In this document: positions 11,290 to 23,759 of the stretch, one piece after another | How the letters are laid out: each line of letters opens with the position of its first letter | How positions within the stretch are numbered: position 1 is the first letter of the stretch | Source: Lama guanicoe | Lineage: Eukaryota | Assembly (NCBI GenBank): GCA_013239625.1 | Contig: MU053652.1 | Coordinates: 496,001-560,000, forward strand | Length of the DNA stretch: 64,000 bases | Direction: 5' to 3' | Made by a program: the position numbers and the translations under genes | The notes under the pieces: model-generated | Told to the model about the DNA's origin: nothing | What the model saw: only the letters and a program-made list of their open reading frames with translations | Database searches by the model: none

Positions 11290-13205
11290 ATCCCACCCCA
11301 GACACAATTTCAGCAATTTGCCCCTTTCTCCCCTACATCAAAATCTTCCCTTTCTCCTAAATATTTTTTCAAATATAAGCATGCACTTATCTCTGTTTAA
11401 AATAACACATAAAACAATTTTAAAAACCCTTCATGTGACCTCAATTCACCAGCTACTATCCCATTTCTCTGCTCCTTTTTGCAGCAAGTCACTGTAAAAG
11501 TTTCATCTATATATACAAGTTCTCTACTCCCAGATTCTTTTTTAAGCCCACATCAATCCAGGTTTCACTCCTATTACTCCAGAGAAACAGCTCTTCTGAC
11601 AGTCACCAATGTCCTCCACGTTGTTAAATTTATCGATCAATGCTCAGTTCTAATGATGACCAAATACCAGTATTTGGGTCAGGGATCCCTCCATCCCTTT
11701 ACTTGGTTTCCAGTACACCACATTCTCTTCAGCTTCCTCATAGTTCACTGATTGTTGCTTCTCCATCTCCTTTGCTGGTTCTCCTCATCCTGCAAACTTC
11801 CTGAAGTTCATATACCTCTATCATATTTAAAATCACTCCTATAGAGATTTCATTGAGTCCGCGGTTTTAAATACCATTAAATATACTATTTATATTGTCA
11901 ATGGCTGCAAATAATATCTCCAGGGCAGATGTCTCTCCCTTTGATGCATATACCCAACTACCTCCTCCGTATCTCCATGTGGGTGTCTAAGAGACACTCC
12001 AGATTTAAACTGTGATCTACGTGCCCTCAAACCTGCAGTGCCCTCCATCCCAAAAGCTGGCAACTCCATCTTTTCATCATTCAAATAAAAAGTCCTGAGT
12101 CATTTTTGATACCTTTCTTTCTCTCACATTCTACACCCAATTTGGCAGGTAGGGGATTCTGTTGGCTGTCTCTTTGAAATACAGTTGACCCTTAAGCAAT
12201 GTGGGGGTTAGGGGCATCAACCCCTGTGCAGTTGAAGATCCACGTGCTGCAATTGCTAAGTACGTGGAAAGGAACAAAGAATTGTTGAGTGACTCACCCA
12301 AGGGCAGGAAGCTGGACAGAATCAGGACTCAACTCCTAATTCTTTTAACCCACATATTCGATCTCTATTCAAGCACAAACTTTTCCCCACACTTAGTTAA
12401 TTTAAAGATGTGCAAAATGAAAAAAAAATTTATTGAAAAAATCTGCGTATTAGTGGACCCATGCAGTTCAAACCTGGGCAGTTCCAGGGCCAACCATATA
12501 TTCAGAGTTCCACCAGTTCTCACCACCTGGCTGCCGTCAACCAGTGTGAGCTGTCTTCATTTCTCACCTGGACCACCGCCACAGGCCCTGATCGGTCTCC
12601 CTGCTTCCATCCTTGCCTCTCTACAGCCTAGCCTCAATACCTATATTCTAAAATATAAGTTAGGTCATGCTGCTCGCAGGTACAATTCCTGCAATGGCTC
12701 CCCATCTCAATTAGAGTAGAACTCAACAACCCTACCGTGGCCTACAAGGCCCTACATGGTCCCTTTTGGACATCTGTTTAATACCCTTTCGGTCCACTTT
12801 ATCCCAACCACACTGGCCTCCCTGCTGCTCCCGAGACGTGTCACGCAGAGTCCTGGCTTAGAGCCTTTGCCCTTTGCCAGGGCACCCTTTCCAGATATCT
12901 AAGTCCCCAAGCTCCTTTCAGCATTTTCTCAGACCTCAACTTGACGGGGCCTGCAGAGGCCCCCTGTGTAAGCCTGCAGCCTCCCTCTCCCGTACTCCAG
13001 AGTCGACTCACCCTGCTCCATTTTCCCCTGCAGCACCTACCATCTTCTAAAATGTTTTACATGTTTACCTATTATATTTATTGTCTACCCCTTCCCTCCC
13101 ATCTCTAACAGAGTGTAAACCCAATGAAGGTTTTGTCTGTTTGCGTCACTGTTGTATCTACAAACTTTTGTATAAGTACTCAATAAATCTGTTAAATAAA
13201 TGAAA
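11290..13205 (+). mobile_element. L2 (L2a-like) 3' fragment of about 1.6 kb, split by the Tigger2-type MITE
   Basis: actccagagaaacagctcttctgacagtcaccaatgtcctccacgttgttaaat...ggcctacaaggccctacatgg...cccaaccacactggcctccctgctgctcc...ctcaataaatctgttaaataaatgaa. Confidence 0.8.
12182..12496. mobile_element. Tigger2-type non-autonomous Tc1/mariner element (MITE) inserted in L2
   Basis: Left terminus cagttgacccttaagcaa. Right terminus ...gttccagggccaacca is a degenerate inverted repeat. TA lies on both flanks (12180-81, 12497-98). Subterminal tattgaaaaaatctgcgtattagtggacccatgcagttcaaacc. Confidence 0.75.
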
Positions 13206-13429
13206 TTCCAGAAACCTAGTAAATAAATTAAGGATGGAGTAATCAACTGTGTCAAAAGTTACTGAAATTAAATAATATTCTGACAGGTTTAATAAATTGA
13301 AGCAAGAACCTTGAGGCACAGAAATAATACAAAGCACAGAATCACAGAACCACTGCTGATAATCTTAGCAGTACCCTGCCAGACAGGGGAAAATGCCTGC
13401 GAGCAAAGGCCCCTGGAAGAAAAGAAGGT

Positions 13430-15630
13430 AAATTACAGAAGTCGGGTGCGTTGGGAATTATAGGTAAAATTCTAAAACAGATTGCTAGTGATGGTTTGTG
13501 AACAATTAGGAAGTGGTATTCACTAGGAGCCAGAAAGAGCTCACAATGAACAAATCATGTGACTATGTTTCTTTCCTAACTGGGTAACTCATTATCTTGA
13601 ATGAAGAAACGGTAAATCTGGCTCAAGGTTAAGCGATTTTGTTCCAAACAGTAATTTGTAAGTTGCCCAAGATGAGAGATCTTAACAAAGCGTTCAGCAG
13701 AGCAGGGAGCGATGGGTCCTAGAAGGGAAGGGGTAAGAGGATTCCTGAACAAACAGCTGGTCTTGCTGGCTTGTCCATGTCCACCCTGGGGAGACATGAG
13801 GGAGGGGTAGCTGCGTGGTCAGGACTGGGAGGACTCCGGTAAGAAATCCAAGTCTCTTACAGGGTGGGTGATGAAACATAGGGGGGTCTGGTCATGAATG
13901 GTAGTAAAGGTAATTGTCATTGTTGTCATTGCCATTGTCAAAAAAGCAGCTAATCATCTGAGGGGGACTGTCTATTTCACTAAAAACAGTTCTAAAAGGT
14001 TGACATTTTCAAAGTAAGCCTATGAGGGAAGAACTATTATTATTTCTTTTTGCAGATGAGAAAACTAAAGCACAGAAAGGCTGATGAACAGTTCAAGGTC
14101 ACATAACTAATAGGTGAAAAAGCTGGTATTTAAAGCCCCAGAGACTAGTCTGGGGCTACAGTCTGGGTTCATTGTCAGAAAAACACATGAACCTCTGAAG
14201 CACTGACACCTATGGGTGTCAATCTCAAAGGAAGTCTCGAGAAGTAGGCTGCCAAAACTCTCAATTCAGCCCTGTCCTGAGGAACATTTTAAAAAATGAC
14301 ACACACAAAGAAACTAAAAGATTGCTTATAAAACCAAGAATGACATGGAATTTGCAGGAATAGCTATGATTTTTTGATGACAGAGTAAGGATTCAAAAGT
14401 ATCTCAATAGACTGAAATGATGAGCCAAAAATAACATTAAAATTAATGGGTAAGTATGAGATTTTGAATTTTAAGTTTTTTTTAAAAATCCCAGAACTAC
14501 AGCATAGAACAGATAAGACTAATTTCAACTAGCAATTCTTCTTATATTTCCTTACCCCTCAACAGCCAAACAGCGGCCATGCCCACACATTAACATCTTT
14601 AATGTCTCTTGATCTGTACCTCACCTCCACTTCCCCCACCTCCCTTCTACCTCGATGTGACATCCTTTCTTTCCCATCCATCTTATACAAAGCTCAGAAA
14701 GGTCTCCCTACAGCACAGTCTGCACCTGGTACTCCCTGTAGAGTCACCTTCAGTGGCTCCTCACTCTCTAATTTGAAAAAGCCAAGCTCCTTGATCCTGG
14801 CGTTCAAGACCCTCCATCTTGGCTTCGCCATCTTTTCCAAAACCCCAACTTGTTTTTCCTCTTCCTACTCTTCCCACCTCCTTGACACTGCTCTGGTTCC
14901 TTCATTCCTTTCAGCTCCTGAAGCTTAAATCCTCCTCATTCTTTGCAAGGCCTGGACTGTATCATTCACCAAACCTTCCCTGTCCTCCTTAAGTAACTTC
15001 CCCTTAGAGCATGTCGTCATTACCCGTCTTTTTGTATTTTCTGTAATAAATGAGTGCTGTGGATATACAGGTCCGATTCCTTTGTCCCCTATTTTCCTTT
15101 CTACCCTCTACCAAGAATGTAAGCTCATTCAAGGTTTAATCAGAGACTGATGGACTTCTCAATCCCCACACACTCAAATACAATAAAAGGATGTAATAAG
15201 AAGCCCCATGTTCTGCACTGGGTCCTGCACAAGGAAGGCAGTGCTTTTGCTGAAGTATGAAAGCATACCTGGGACACTGGGCTCAGAGAGAAGGACTCCT
15301 TTTTTAAGACAGACACTGCTGGGCTTATGGGTAATAGAGAAAGAAGACTGGGATGGTTTGAGGCCCAGGACATATCAGAACCCACGAATGTTAAGTATAG
15401 GGGCAGGGAAAAAAACCTAGTAAATGGACCATGATAGCCATCTTTATGTATTTGGAGGGCTTTTCATGTGTAAGGATGAAAGTGATTTCACATCACTCCA
15501 GAAAAAAGGAACGATGTCCTGTGGATAGGGGACTATCGTTTCAAAAAAAGACACTGTTCAACAGTGACCACTCTGCTTTGTCAATTTAGGAAGCTTCCCA
15601 TTGCTTGGCATGTTGAGAGGCAGGATCATA
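13430..15630 (+). mobile_element. Fragmented L3/CR1 LINE relic with nested MIR (about 13940-14150) and L2 (about 14540-15130)
   Basis: CR1-like pieces in collinear order: aattctaaaacagattg...tcactaggagccag...aacaaatcatg; aggattcaaaagtatctcaatagactgaaatgatgagcc; catctttatgtatttggagggcttttcatgtg. Confidence 0.45.
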
Positions 15631-16059
15631 AATGATGAGGAAAAGCTCACCTGCAATAAACAAGGTGCCAAGCCATACAAACTTTTTAAAAGATTTCTTT
15701 TAAAATAACTAGAACAACAACAATATATCTATGACCATCAGTGGGATCCTAATTTTACCTTATCTTGGCAGGTTATGTATATAACATCTCCATTGTAATT
15801 AACATTCACCAACATTATTTGTTAAAATTATTGGTCACGCATAATGAAATATAAGAAAAAGAAGACATGCCTTGCTTCTTAAAAAAAAGTTGAAAATTCA
15901 ATGGAGGTTAAAATAAAGACAAAAGTCAATTTTTAAAATGTTGTTGGACTCTCACTTGGGAAACATGACATTGGTAGAGCCACTTCAGAGTCTGGTTTTG
16001 TAAAGGTGAAAATACAATCTGTGGCCCAGAAATTCCAGCCTTAGAAAACTAACCCAAAG

Positions 16060-16800
16060 CAATGGCTTTTAAATTTTTCATTTGTGTATCTCTTAAAGGA
16101 ATTCTGAAAAACTATATTCTCCTCAAATTCTAAAGTTGAAATTTAGTTTTTTTTTTCTAGCATGAGTTTAATGGTTACAAAATATATAATTTTGGCACGT
16201 TATAAATATTAACATTTTAAATCAGTAGTATTTAAATATATCCAATGGAATCTCAATACCATAGAGATTTGATATCCTCCATAATACATTTAAAATATCC
16301 ATAAATAAGCTCTTTTTTAACAGTTAGATATTTGTCTCTCTGAATTATTATTTCTTTATCATTTCCTCACCAAATTTGAGCCTAATGGAATAAATCTTTA
16401 TGCTTGAAAGTATTATTACTCTATTTGTGGTTTTCTGCAAAAAAAAATTTGTACAAATTAAAGTCTAAAAATCCTAATTAAAATTTTATTTACCAAAAGA
16501 TTAAATTTTAACCTATTTTTTGTTTGAAGTGCCATTATAATTGTCACTTAGTACACAACTGAGTTTAGCATAATTGTTGGTTATATGTATGATTTTAACC
16601 TAAGTGTATCATCATTCTTGATGAATAATCACTGAACAAAAAAAGTGAAATATTATTGGGCGTGCATTTTTCAATGAAATGGCCAGGTTTCTTTTCTTTG
16701 TTTGGTTCACGTAATTGTGGATAAACATTACTTATTGCTGGAGTGAAAGAGGTCAGGCATTAGTCTACGTTGTATTCCTTGGCCACATCAATATTCCCCA
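16060..16800. mobile_element. AT-rich hAT-Charlie-like DNA transposon relic
   Basis: Starts caatggcttttaaatttttcatttgtgtatctcttaaaggaattctgaaaaactat, resembling Charlie-family termini. Family uncertain. Confidence 0.35.
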
Positions 16801-17905
16801 AACGCTGCCTCCTGGCTTACTTATAATGACTCTTTACCATCTACTATTCAGCATCTAAATTCCAAGTCAACTGTGTTAAGACTCTTTGTTATTTGGTCTT
16901 ATTTTTCCTACTCAACATTACTTCCTACTACCTTCTACTAAGAACTCTGTTCCATTCAAACCTTCCCCTCAGAATGTCAGGCTACTATGTTGGTGCTTCC
17001 TCTCCATCCCTGCAATGCCTGTTTTCTTTTTACCTCCCCAAATCCCGTTCATTTTTCTAAGGTCCAGCACCTATTTATTTCACCTGTGAGATCTTTACCC
17101 GACTCCAACCAGCCTACCACTCTCTTTTGGGTTTTATTCCTTCTGCTCTTAATAGTCTGCACTGTACAAGTAGTACCTGATTATGTGCTGGACTGTACCT
17201 ATCTCTTCTTAATTATATATCACATAAAATCGAGTATTTTATTACACATTCTTTCCTTCCCTAATCGTTTCAGATCTTGTCAACCAGACCATAATTTGCT
17301 CCTATTATTAGCTTCTTACAAGAAATGCTATGATCTTTTCCACAAGCTCAAAGAGACTTTTGAACTCAGAGAAAAGAAATCAGAGAAAAAACTCAAGGTT
17401 TTCAAGTTCGTAACAATGATTTTTCATTTCCACTGATGCTAAAAACAGGTGTAAGCATCCTTTCATGACAGTAGGAAGGCTATGGATCAAACATCAGGAG
17501 GAAGACGTTTGTAAAAAACTAAAAAGGAATCCTATTATAGATTATTAAGGGTTATTAAGAGTTCAAAATTGCTTTACTTTAGAGATCTTTTAGAATCACA
17601 AGAGGGACTAATTAAGGTGTGGAATTTCCTTGAAGAAGACAAATCTTACGATTTTAGACTTGCAGAAAAATCAAGGCTGACACTTCATCTAAACTACCCA
17701 ATGGAAGTCCTAAGGGCATTTGTCCCTTCCACTTCCTCTGTTGGCATGACTATACATGTGTCTAGGACACTATTTCTTTGGTACATGTTCTCGTCAAGCC
17801 TCTTGACAAATCCTTTTCCATGATGGCAGAAAGATAGGCTATGAAGACAGTATCACCGACCACCACACGATCTTGACTTTGCTTAGCTTCCAACAGAAGC
17901 TCTAC

Positions 17906-18042
17906 CTGTAGGCCACAGTGCAGGTGTCCTTGTACTCCTGGAGCTTCACGCACACCATGTTGAGGAACTGATCCGAGTAGGCACTCAAGTCATGCATCAG
18001 GTTCAAGAGGTCTTGCACTGTCTTCTCTACAATGATTGTGCT
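17906..18042 (-). CDS. EXOC4: EXOC4 (exocyst complex component 4 / Sec8) internal coding exon, 137 nt (human exon 12 equivalent)
   Basis: The minus strand reads ttcttttccag|AGCACAATC...GCCTACAG|gtagag. It translates to [46 protein letters not shown], matching Sec8 as I recall it. It ends in phase 2 (AG) and joins the next exon's G to form Arg. The ORF track shows it only out of frame (17762..17953). Confidence 0.96.
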
Positions 18043-18425
18043 CTGGAAAAGAACATGAAGAGAGAAGACTCAGAAACCCATGAGTTTTTTGACTCAAGTC
18101 ACATATAGGACGAGGAAGAACCTAAAAGAATGCACATTTAAGACACTTCAGCTTTCCTGGAAGGATGTGACATTTAAAAATATTCATTAAAAAAAAAAAA
18201 GTATCTTCCATAGTGCTGACCTTCCAAAGACCTGAGACGGTGTTTTCTTATGGAAGGACACAGGACAGGGATTTTCCACTTGATTTCATGGAATTCTTGG
18301 CATCCACAAGATATCTCTGGCTTTTAAGAAGAAAATGAATATTCAGTTCGAGCCTGATTTATCACTCCCAGGATTTTACTTTGAGATTAAGGACCTATAC
18401 AGGCAGCATAAAGAAAAGCCTTCCA

Positions 18426-18655
18426 AACTCCTAATCTACATATTACTATATATATTAAGTAGATAAACAACAAGGACCTACTGTATAGCACAGGGAACCA
18501 TATTCAGTTTCTTGTAATGATCTGTAATGAAAAAGAATCTGAAAAAAAATGTATGTATGTGTTTATATAACTGAATCACTTTGCTGCACACCTGAAACTA
18601 ACATTGCAAATAGACTATACTTCAATATAAAATAAGAATTAAAAACAAAAAAGAA
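18426..18655 (+). mobile_element. 5'-truncated L1 3' end (cetartiodactyl-type)
   Basis: Diagnostic tagataaacaacaaggacctactgtatagcacagggaac...ataactgaatcactttgctg...aaacta, then an A-rich tail. Degenerate TSD ending ccttcca on both sides. Confidence 0.85.
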
Positions 18656-21600
18656 AAAACACCTTCCAGGATTTGTTTTAAAAGTTTCAAAACCATCAAT
18701 CTATTAAGAATAACAACCAACATTTGTATTGTGCCTTACGGCTTGTAGAATGTTTTCACATACACAGCATATGTTACCTCACTTGAAACTCACATAATAA
18801 TATAATCATGTGATAATCATGAACACTTACTGGATTCTTACAAGTGCAAAGTACAATGTTAGGTACTCTCCAGGCTTTATCTCATTTAATCCTCTCTACA
18901 CGCCTACCTATTAGCTGAATCCCTTCATCATCCCAGTGTAAGGATGGGGAAGCAGGCTTAGAAAAAGAAACAAAGCAGGATTCTGGGCTTGGCTCTCTTA
19001 ACTACACCATTCTGCCTCAGAAACCATTTCTCATGAATCATAGTATTTCCTACTGTTTTTGTCACTGTAGAAGCACTATCCAAATAGACTGAGATAGGTT
19101 TGAAAACTGAATGAAAGGAATATCCGAGGGAAAAAACAATAAGCCTATCTTCGAGACTGATAATCCTGTGCAGCGAATCAGTGCTGTATCTGAAAAGAGG
19201 CATATTCAATCAGTTCTCAATCTTTGATTAAGAAAAGACAGAGTTGTTTAAACCACTAGTTCATGACTCTTTCACAAGAAGCACAATTACACTGGAGTGA
19301 ATATTAATCACATACTTAGAAGCTTGGAATCCTTTGGTCAATAACTGGTTTGATGAATATGTATTTATTTAGAGTTACATAAGCAATGGTAGATTTAGCC
19401 ATAATAGTAAACATTGGAAAATTTTTTAAGTCTGACAGTAACCAAGAAATAATCAAAGACATTTTATTATGTTTACATACAGACTATGGGATACAATTTT
19501 GGTTAATTTTTTTTTTCTGAAGATAACAACGGATAAAAGTGTACAACTTTTCTCAACACAACAGAGGAGTAGCTTGAGTTATGAGTTTACGTGTGATGCT
19601 TCTTCAGGATTATTTTGTGGTAGAGATTTCTTCTTTCCTTCCCCTTTCCCTGCTACCCCAAGTGAAGTAATCAGAAGGTGAAAGGAAGGAGCAGTTATGT
19701 TCTGTTCGGCAAAACTCAGAGGAAACCAAATTACAGTCTCTATAGAATCCCCAAAGTTCAACTTCCTTTTCTGTATCGATTTTAAGATCAAAGCACTGCA
19801 GCTTCACTCTGCTCCATAATCCTGCTCCTCTGCATTTGTGTGTGAGTGACAGGAATTGATTCTGCTTAGCTACATGTCCCCATGCTGCTAAAAAGAATCT
19901 AAAATCCCCCTCTGATTAAGAACACAGGATATCCTACAACATGTGGACAGCAATTAATAAAGGAGAGTGGAGTTCGGCCATTCTAACAAAGCCCGTTTAA
20001 CATCTAAAACACTGCAGGGAAGATGTGCTCAGGGAGATGGCTCAGATTACTGAGAGAAAGAGCCTGGCTCTATTTCCAATTACGCTATTGATAATCAAAT
20101 CTGGGGTAGGTTTGGGTGGCCCCTTCCTTTCTTATGACTCAATCCAGTCTCCTAGTAAGCAAGGATAATTTAATGGCTCTTCTAGTCTACTGATTTTTAT
20201 CACTCAGCTGGTGCACTGGTCCTTGCAGACTTAGGGAATTTTGTGTCAATGTTCCAGGTCATCTCAGGTGTGTGTAGGTGTGTGTGTGTGTGTGGGGGGG
20301 AACGACCTTCCTGATTAGATTACCAACTTCTCAAAAGCAAGGCTGATGTTCTTTTCCAAAACCACCTCCCGTTTCCCACTTCCCTTGGTTATTTATAATT
20401 TCTCAGGCTCCTCAGGACAATACTACTAATAAAAGAAACTACTAATTCTGTTAACACAAGTAAATAACGGGAGGGAGGCCATACATGTGCAAGATGCTAG
20501 ATGCAGACATCTTTGCATTCTGAAATCTCTTTGGGTGGATTCAGTTTGGTCGTCTATATCCCGGTGGTTTTGGTGACTAGAATGGTGCTGATGACATTCA
20601 GAGGGGAGGGGAGACTGCAAGCACATAGGAATATCCCCTGGAGGTAAATGTTATGGGGTAACAGGAAGTCCCTGCAGGGAATGACTGTAATGCCATGGTT
20701 TAATTCCAATGGCTGTGCTCAACAAAAGCCTATGTGACGCTATATGATGACATACAATTTTCCAGCTATTTGGTTGGTTTACATTGTCATGGTAGCACTC
20801 TGCATAATCAATCACTACATTCTTTTCAAAGAAAATGACACTGTAGTTTGCCAAATGATAGGTATTTTTACAGGGGAAAAAGTTTCCATTTTCCAAGAAT
20901 TTATAATTATTTCCAAATCAGTGTCTCTGACAAATACTGAAAATACCAAGTTTCTAACAAGGTCAATCCTGTTTGTGTTTACCTGATCTCTTTGGCATCA
21001 TAAATGATTTATTGTCTCATTATTAATTTTGGGATTTGCTGATGTTGACTATAATGACTTCATAATAAGTAAAGCCTTGATTTTATTCATTATAATTTCT
21101 ATTAAACATATCACAAATGATTGATATTTATTTAAATATAACTCAATTCTCATTTCTTGCAACTTATTACCAGGTAATAAAGTCTGAGCATGACATGAAA
21201 AATGAGAATAGGAAAAAAAAATCCCAGGATAGCTGAGGCAATTAAGAAACCACTGCTATGAAAAATAAACAACTCGAGTTTCTTACAGGAATACACCAGA
21301 AATCTAAAATAAGGAGACGGTGCATCAGGGCTAGCTCTTTGGTTCTGTACTTTAAAAATGCACGAATGTGTGAAAATGACTGGACATTTAAGACCTTGTC
21401 CATTTAGCCCAAGCCCTAACAGGGCATGGCCATCACTGGCTCACTTCTTTATTTATATTCTTTCATCAGACGACAAATTGTTTTTGATCAATGACTCTAT
21501 CTTCATCTCTCTACTACCTAGTAGCAAAATATCTAGTATGTTGCAGGTGCTCAACAGATGTCTGTTAGATTAACTGATGCACATTCAGAACAGGGTGAAA

Positions 21601-21816
21601 AACCTACTTAGAGTGTAATTATAGCACAAAATAGTGGCTCAAAAGCCTGATTTGGTAAGGTGGACTCAGACCACAGTCTCTTTATTACTATATTACTGTA
21701 CCTTTATTCCCATGGTACTAAAGACAGTACATTTATGACTAAAGTTCTTAGATTTTTCTACAAAAAAATTCCTAGTTTCACCTGATCATATTATTTTCTA
21801 TAATGGCAATCCATAA

Positions 21817-21863
21817 ATATATACACACACATGCACACACACATATATATACATATACACACA
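21817..21863. repeat. Compound (AT)/(AC) microsatellite
   Basis: atatatacacacacatgcacacacacatatatatacatatacacaca. Confidence 0.85.
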
Positions 21864-22514
21864 ACTAAATGTGCTACTTTAAAGTTTTAAGATACATAAC
21901 TAAATTCACAATTCAGATAAAAAACAAAACCAAAAAGCCTTAATCTGGAGAAGGCAGTATTTGTGTGTTGGTTTAGCCCTTAGAGCATAGATGGTTCAGA
22001 AATGCTACAAAGAACCTAGGGTTCTGGGAAACTAATTTAGGAAGAATTTGAAAGAAAACATAGAATTAATTCACCCATCACTCAAGACACATCCCACCAC
22101 ACACACACACACCCCAGCAATTGTGGAAGGCGGGAGCTTCAGGAATGTCTGATGATGACAGTAATGTTTCTGTTTATTGGGAAATACCCAACTAGAAGTT
22201 GCCAAAACTTGTTATGCTATATCGTCCTCCAATTACTATCAGCTCTAAGTTGTAGCTGGCTGTAAACCATCACAACTACAACAATGACAATAATGACAGA
22301 AACCAGAAGGAAATCTGCTTTCTGGTTTTGAATCTATATTTTGATTGATGTGATGTTTAAAATATTCTGAATGGGTTTGCTCCTCTAATAAGGTAACTGG
22401 TAAAAGACTATGCACCCAGGGAGTTGGTGACTGAGGAGAAGCACTTTCCCCCTCCCCCAATCATCCTCCACCTCACAGGCAGAGTGATCCTTCACAAAGT
22501 TACGTCTCCCACAG

Positions 22515-23005
22515 AAATGAGTGCTTGCATCCATCACAAGACATGAACACAACTACTCACAGCAGTTGTATTCACAATAGTTTAGAAAAGTAATAAAGGT
22601 GATCCTCAAGTCCATCAGTAGTTGAATGGGCAAATAAACTGGTATATTCAGACAATGGGACACTTCAGAGCAAGGAAATAGGACGAACTCCCCTACACGC
22701 GACAACAGGGACCCAGCTCACAGATTGCGGGGTAGGTGAAAGCAGTCAGACAGAAAGGAGCACACCGGCATGGTTTTGTCATTACTAAAGTTCAAAAACA
22801 GCCATAAGGAATCCCTGGTGATAGAAGGCAGAACAGCGGCTACCCTTAGTGGGTGGGTCCTGACTGGGAAGAAGAGAACCTTCCAGGTGCTGGAAATAGC
22901 TTGACTGGGTAACTGTCGCATAGCAAAAACATATGTAAAAATTTTTTGCACTTGAGATCCGTGCAGTTTACAGTTTGTAAATTCAACTTCAAAAGAAAAA
23001 AGTTA
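22515..23005 (+). mobile_element. Old L1 (L1ME-like) 3' end
   Basis: gtccatcagtagttgaatgggcaaataaactggtatattcagacaatggga...cacttgagatccgtgcagtttacagtttgtaaattc followed by an A-rich end. Confidence 0.75.
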
Positions 23006-23344
23006 AAGTTCTATCTGATTCTGTCTCTACCAACTTAAAGCTCTTTAATACACCAGGCCCCACGTTCATCATATAATCCATAAGGCCCTCCATGGCCTGG
23101 CTTCCATCTACCCCTCAAGCCTCACCATGTACCATTCTCCCCTTGCCTCCCTGAGATCTGCCGAAGTGGGGCTGCTTCAGGGCGTCATTCGCGTTTCAGG
23201 GCTTTGCACTTGTCTGCAAAGTTCTGTCCCTTGTCTTCCTTTCCTAGAGTGCTTTTTTTGTTGTTTTTTTTTTTATCTTTCAGGTCTCAGCTAAAAGCGT
23301 CTTTGTATGGGAAGACTCTCCTTAACCTTCATTAGGGCCTCCTG

Positions 23345-23437
23345 TTGGAAACACCTAGAACATATCTATCTACGTATCTATCCATCTCCCTCTCCCCCGC
23401 TGTTGGCTCCCTTTCCCTGGAGAACCCAGATGAATAC
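23345..23437 (+). mobile_element. MLT2 (ERVL) LTR 3' end fragment
   Basis: tatctatc repeats followed by ctgttggctccctttccctggagaacccagatgaatac, resembling the MLT2 terminus. Confidence 0.6.
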
Positions 23438-23759
23438 CCACTGCTAGGGAAGAGGGGGATATGTATGGACTGGGAGGGACATTTGGTTGGTGGTTACACG
23501 CATACATGTTCAATCTTAATTTTAAACAATTTACGTCCAACTGTCACACAAATGAATAGATACCCCCTTCAAAAATTTGTCTGAGAATACCATCTGTAAG
23601 AGTGTAAGTCTTCTATTATAATGGCTTTCACTTAGGGTATATTTTTAAAATGTGAAGATGTAGCAAGTATTGTTGGTAATTCTACGACAGACCACTGCTA
23701 TAGATGAGAACTGTTCAGAAGGATCAGAAGTTTTGTGGGAAAACAGTAGGGAATTTAAC

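Larger units (their letters stand above)
1096..17905 (-). other. EXOC4: EXOC4 intron (16,810 nt, GT-AG, phase 2)
   Basis: Bounded by donor gtagag (17905) and acceptor ttttag (1096). The two flanking exons encode contiguous Sec8 sequence. Confidence 0.93.

Noticed and set aside
12201..12719. 172-aa ORF, the longest in the track
   Set aside because: It spans a Tigger2-type MITE and L2 sequence, has a non-ATG start, and shows no protein similarity I recognise.
16987..17436. 149-aa hydrophobic ORF resembling a membrane protein
   Set aside because: The hydrophobicity comes from T-rich, partly L2-like intronic DNA. It has a non-ATG start and matches no family I recognise.
17762..17953. 63-aa minus-strand ORF (MREAPGVQ...)
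   Set aside because: It is an out-of-frame reading of the EXOC4 exon plus intron.
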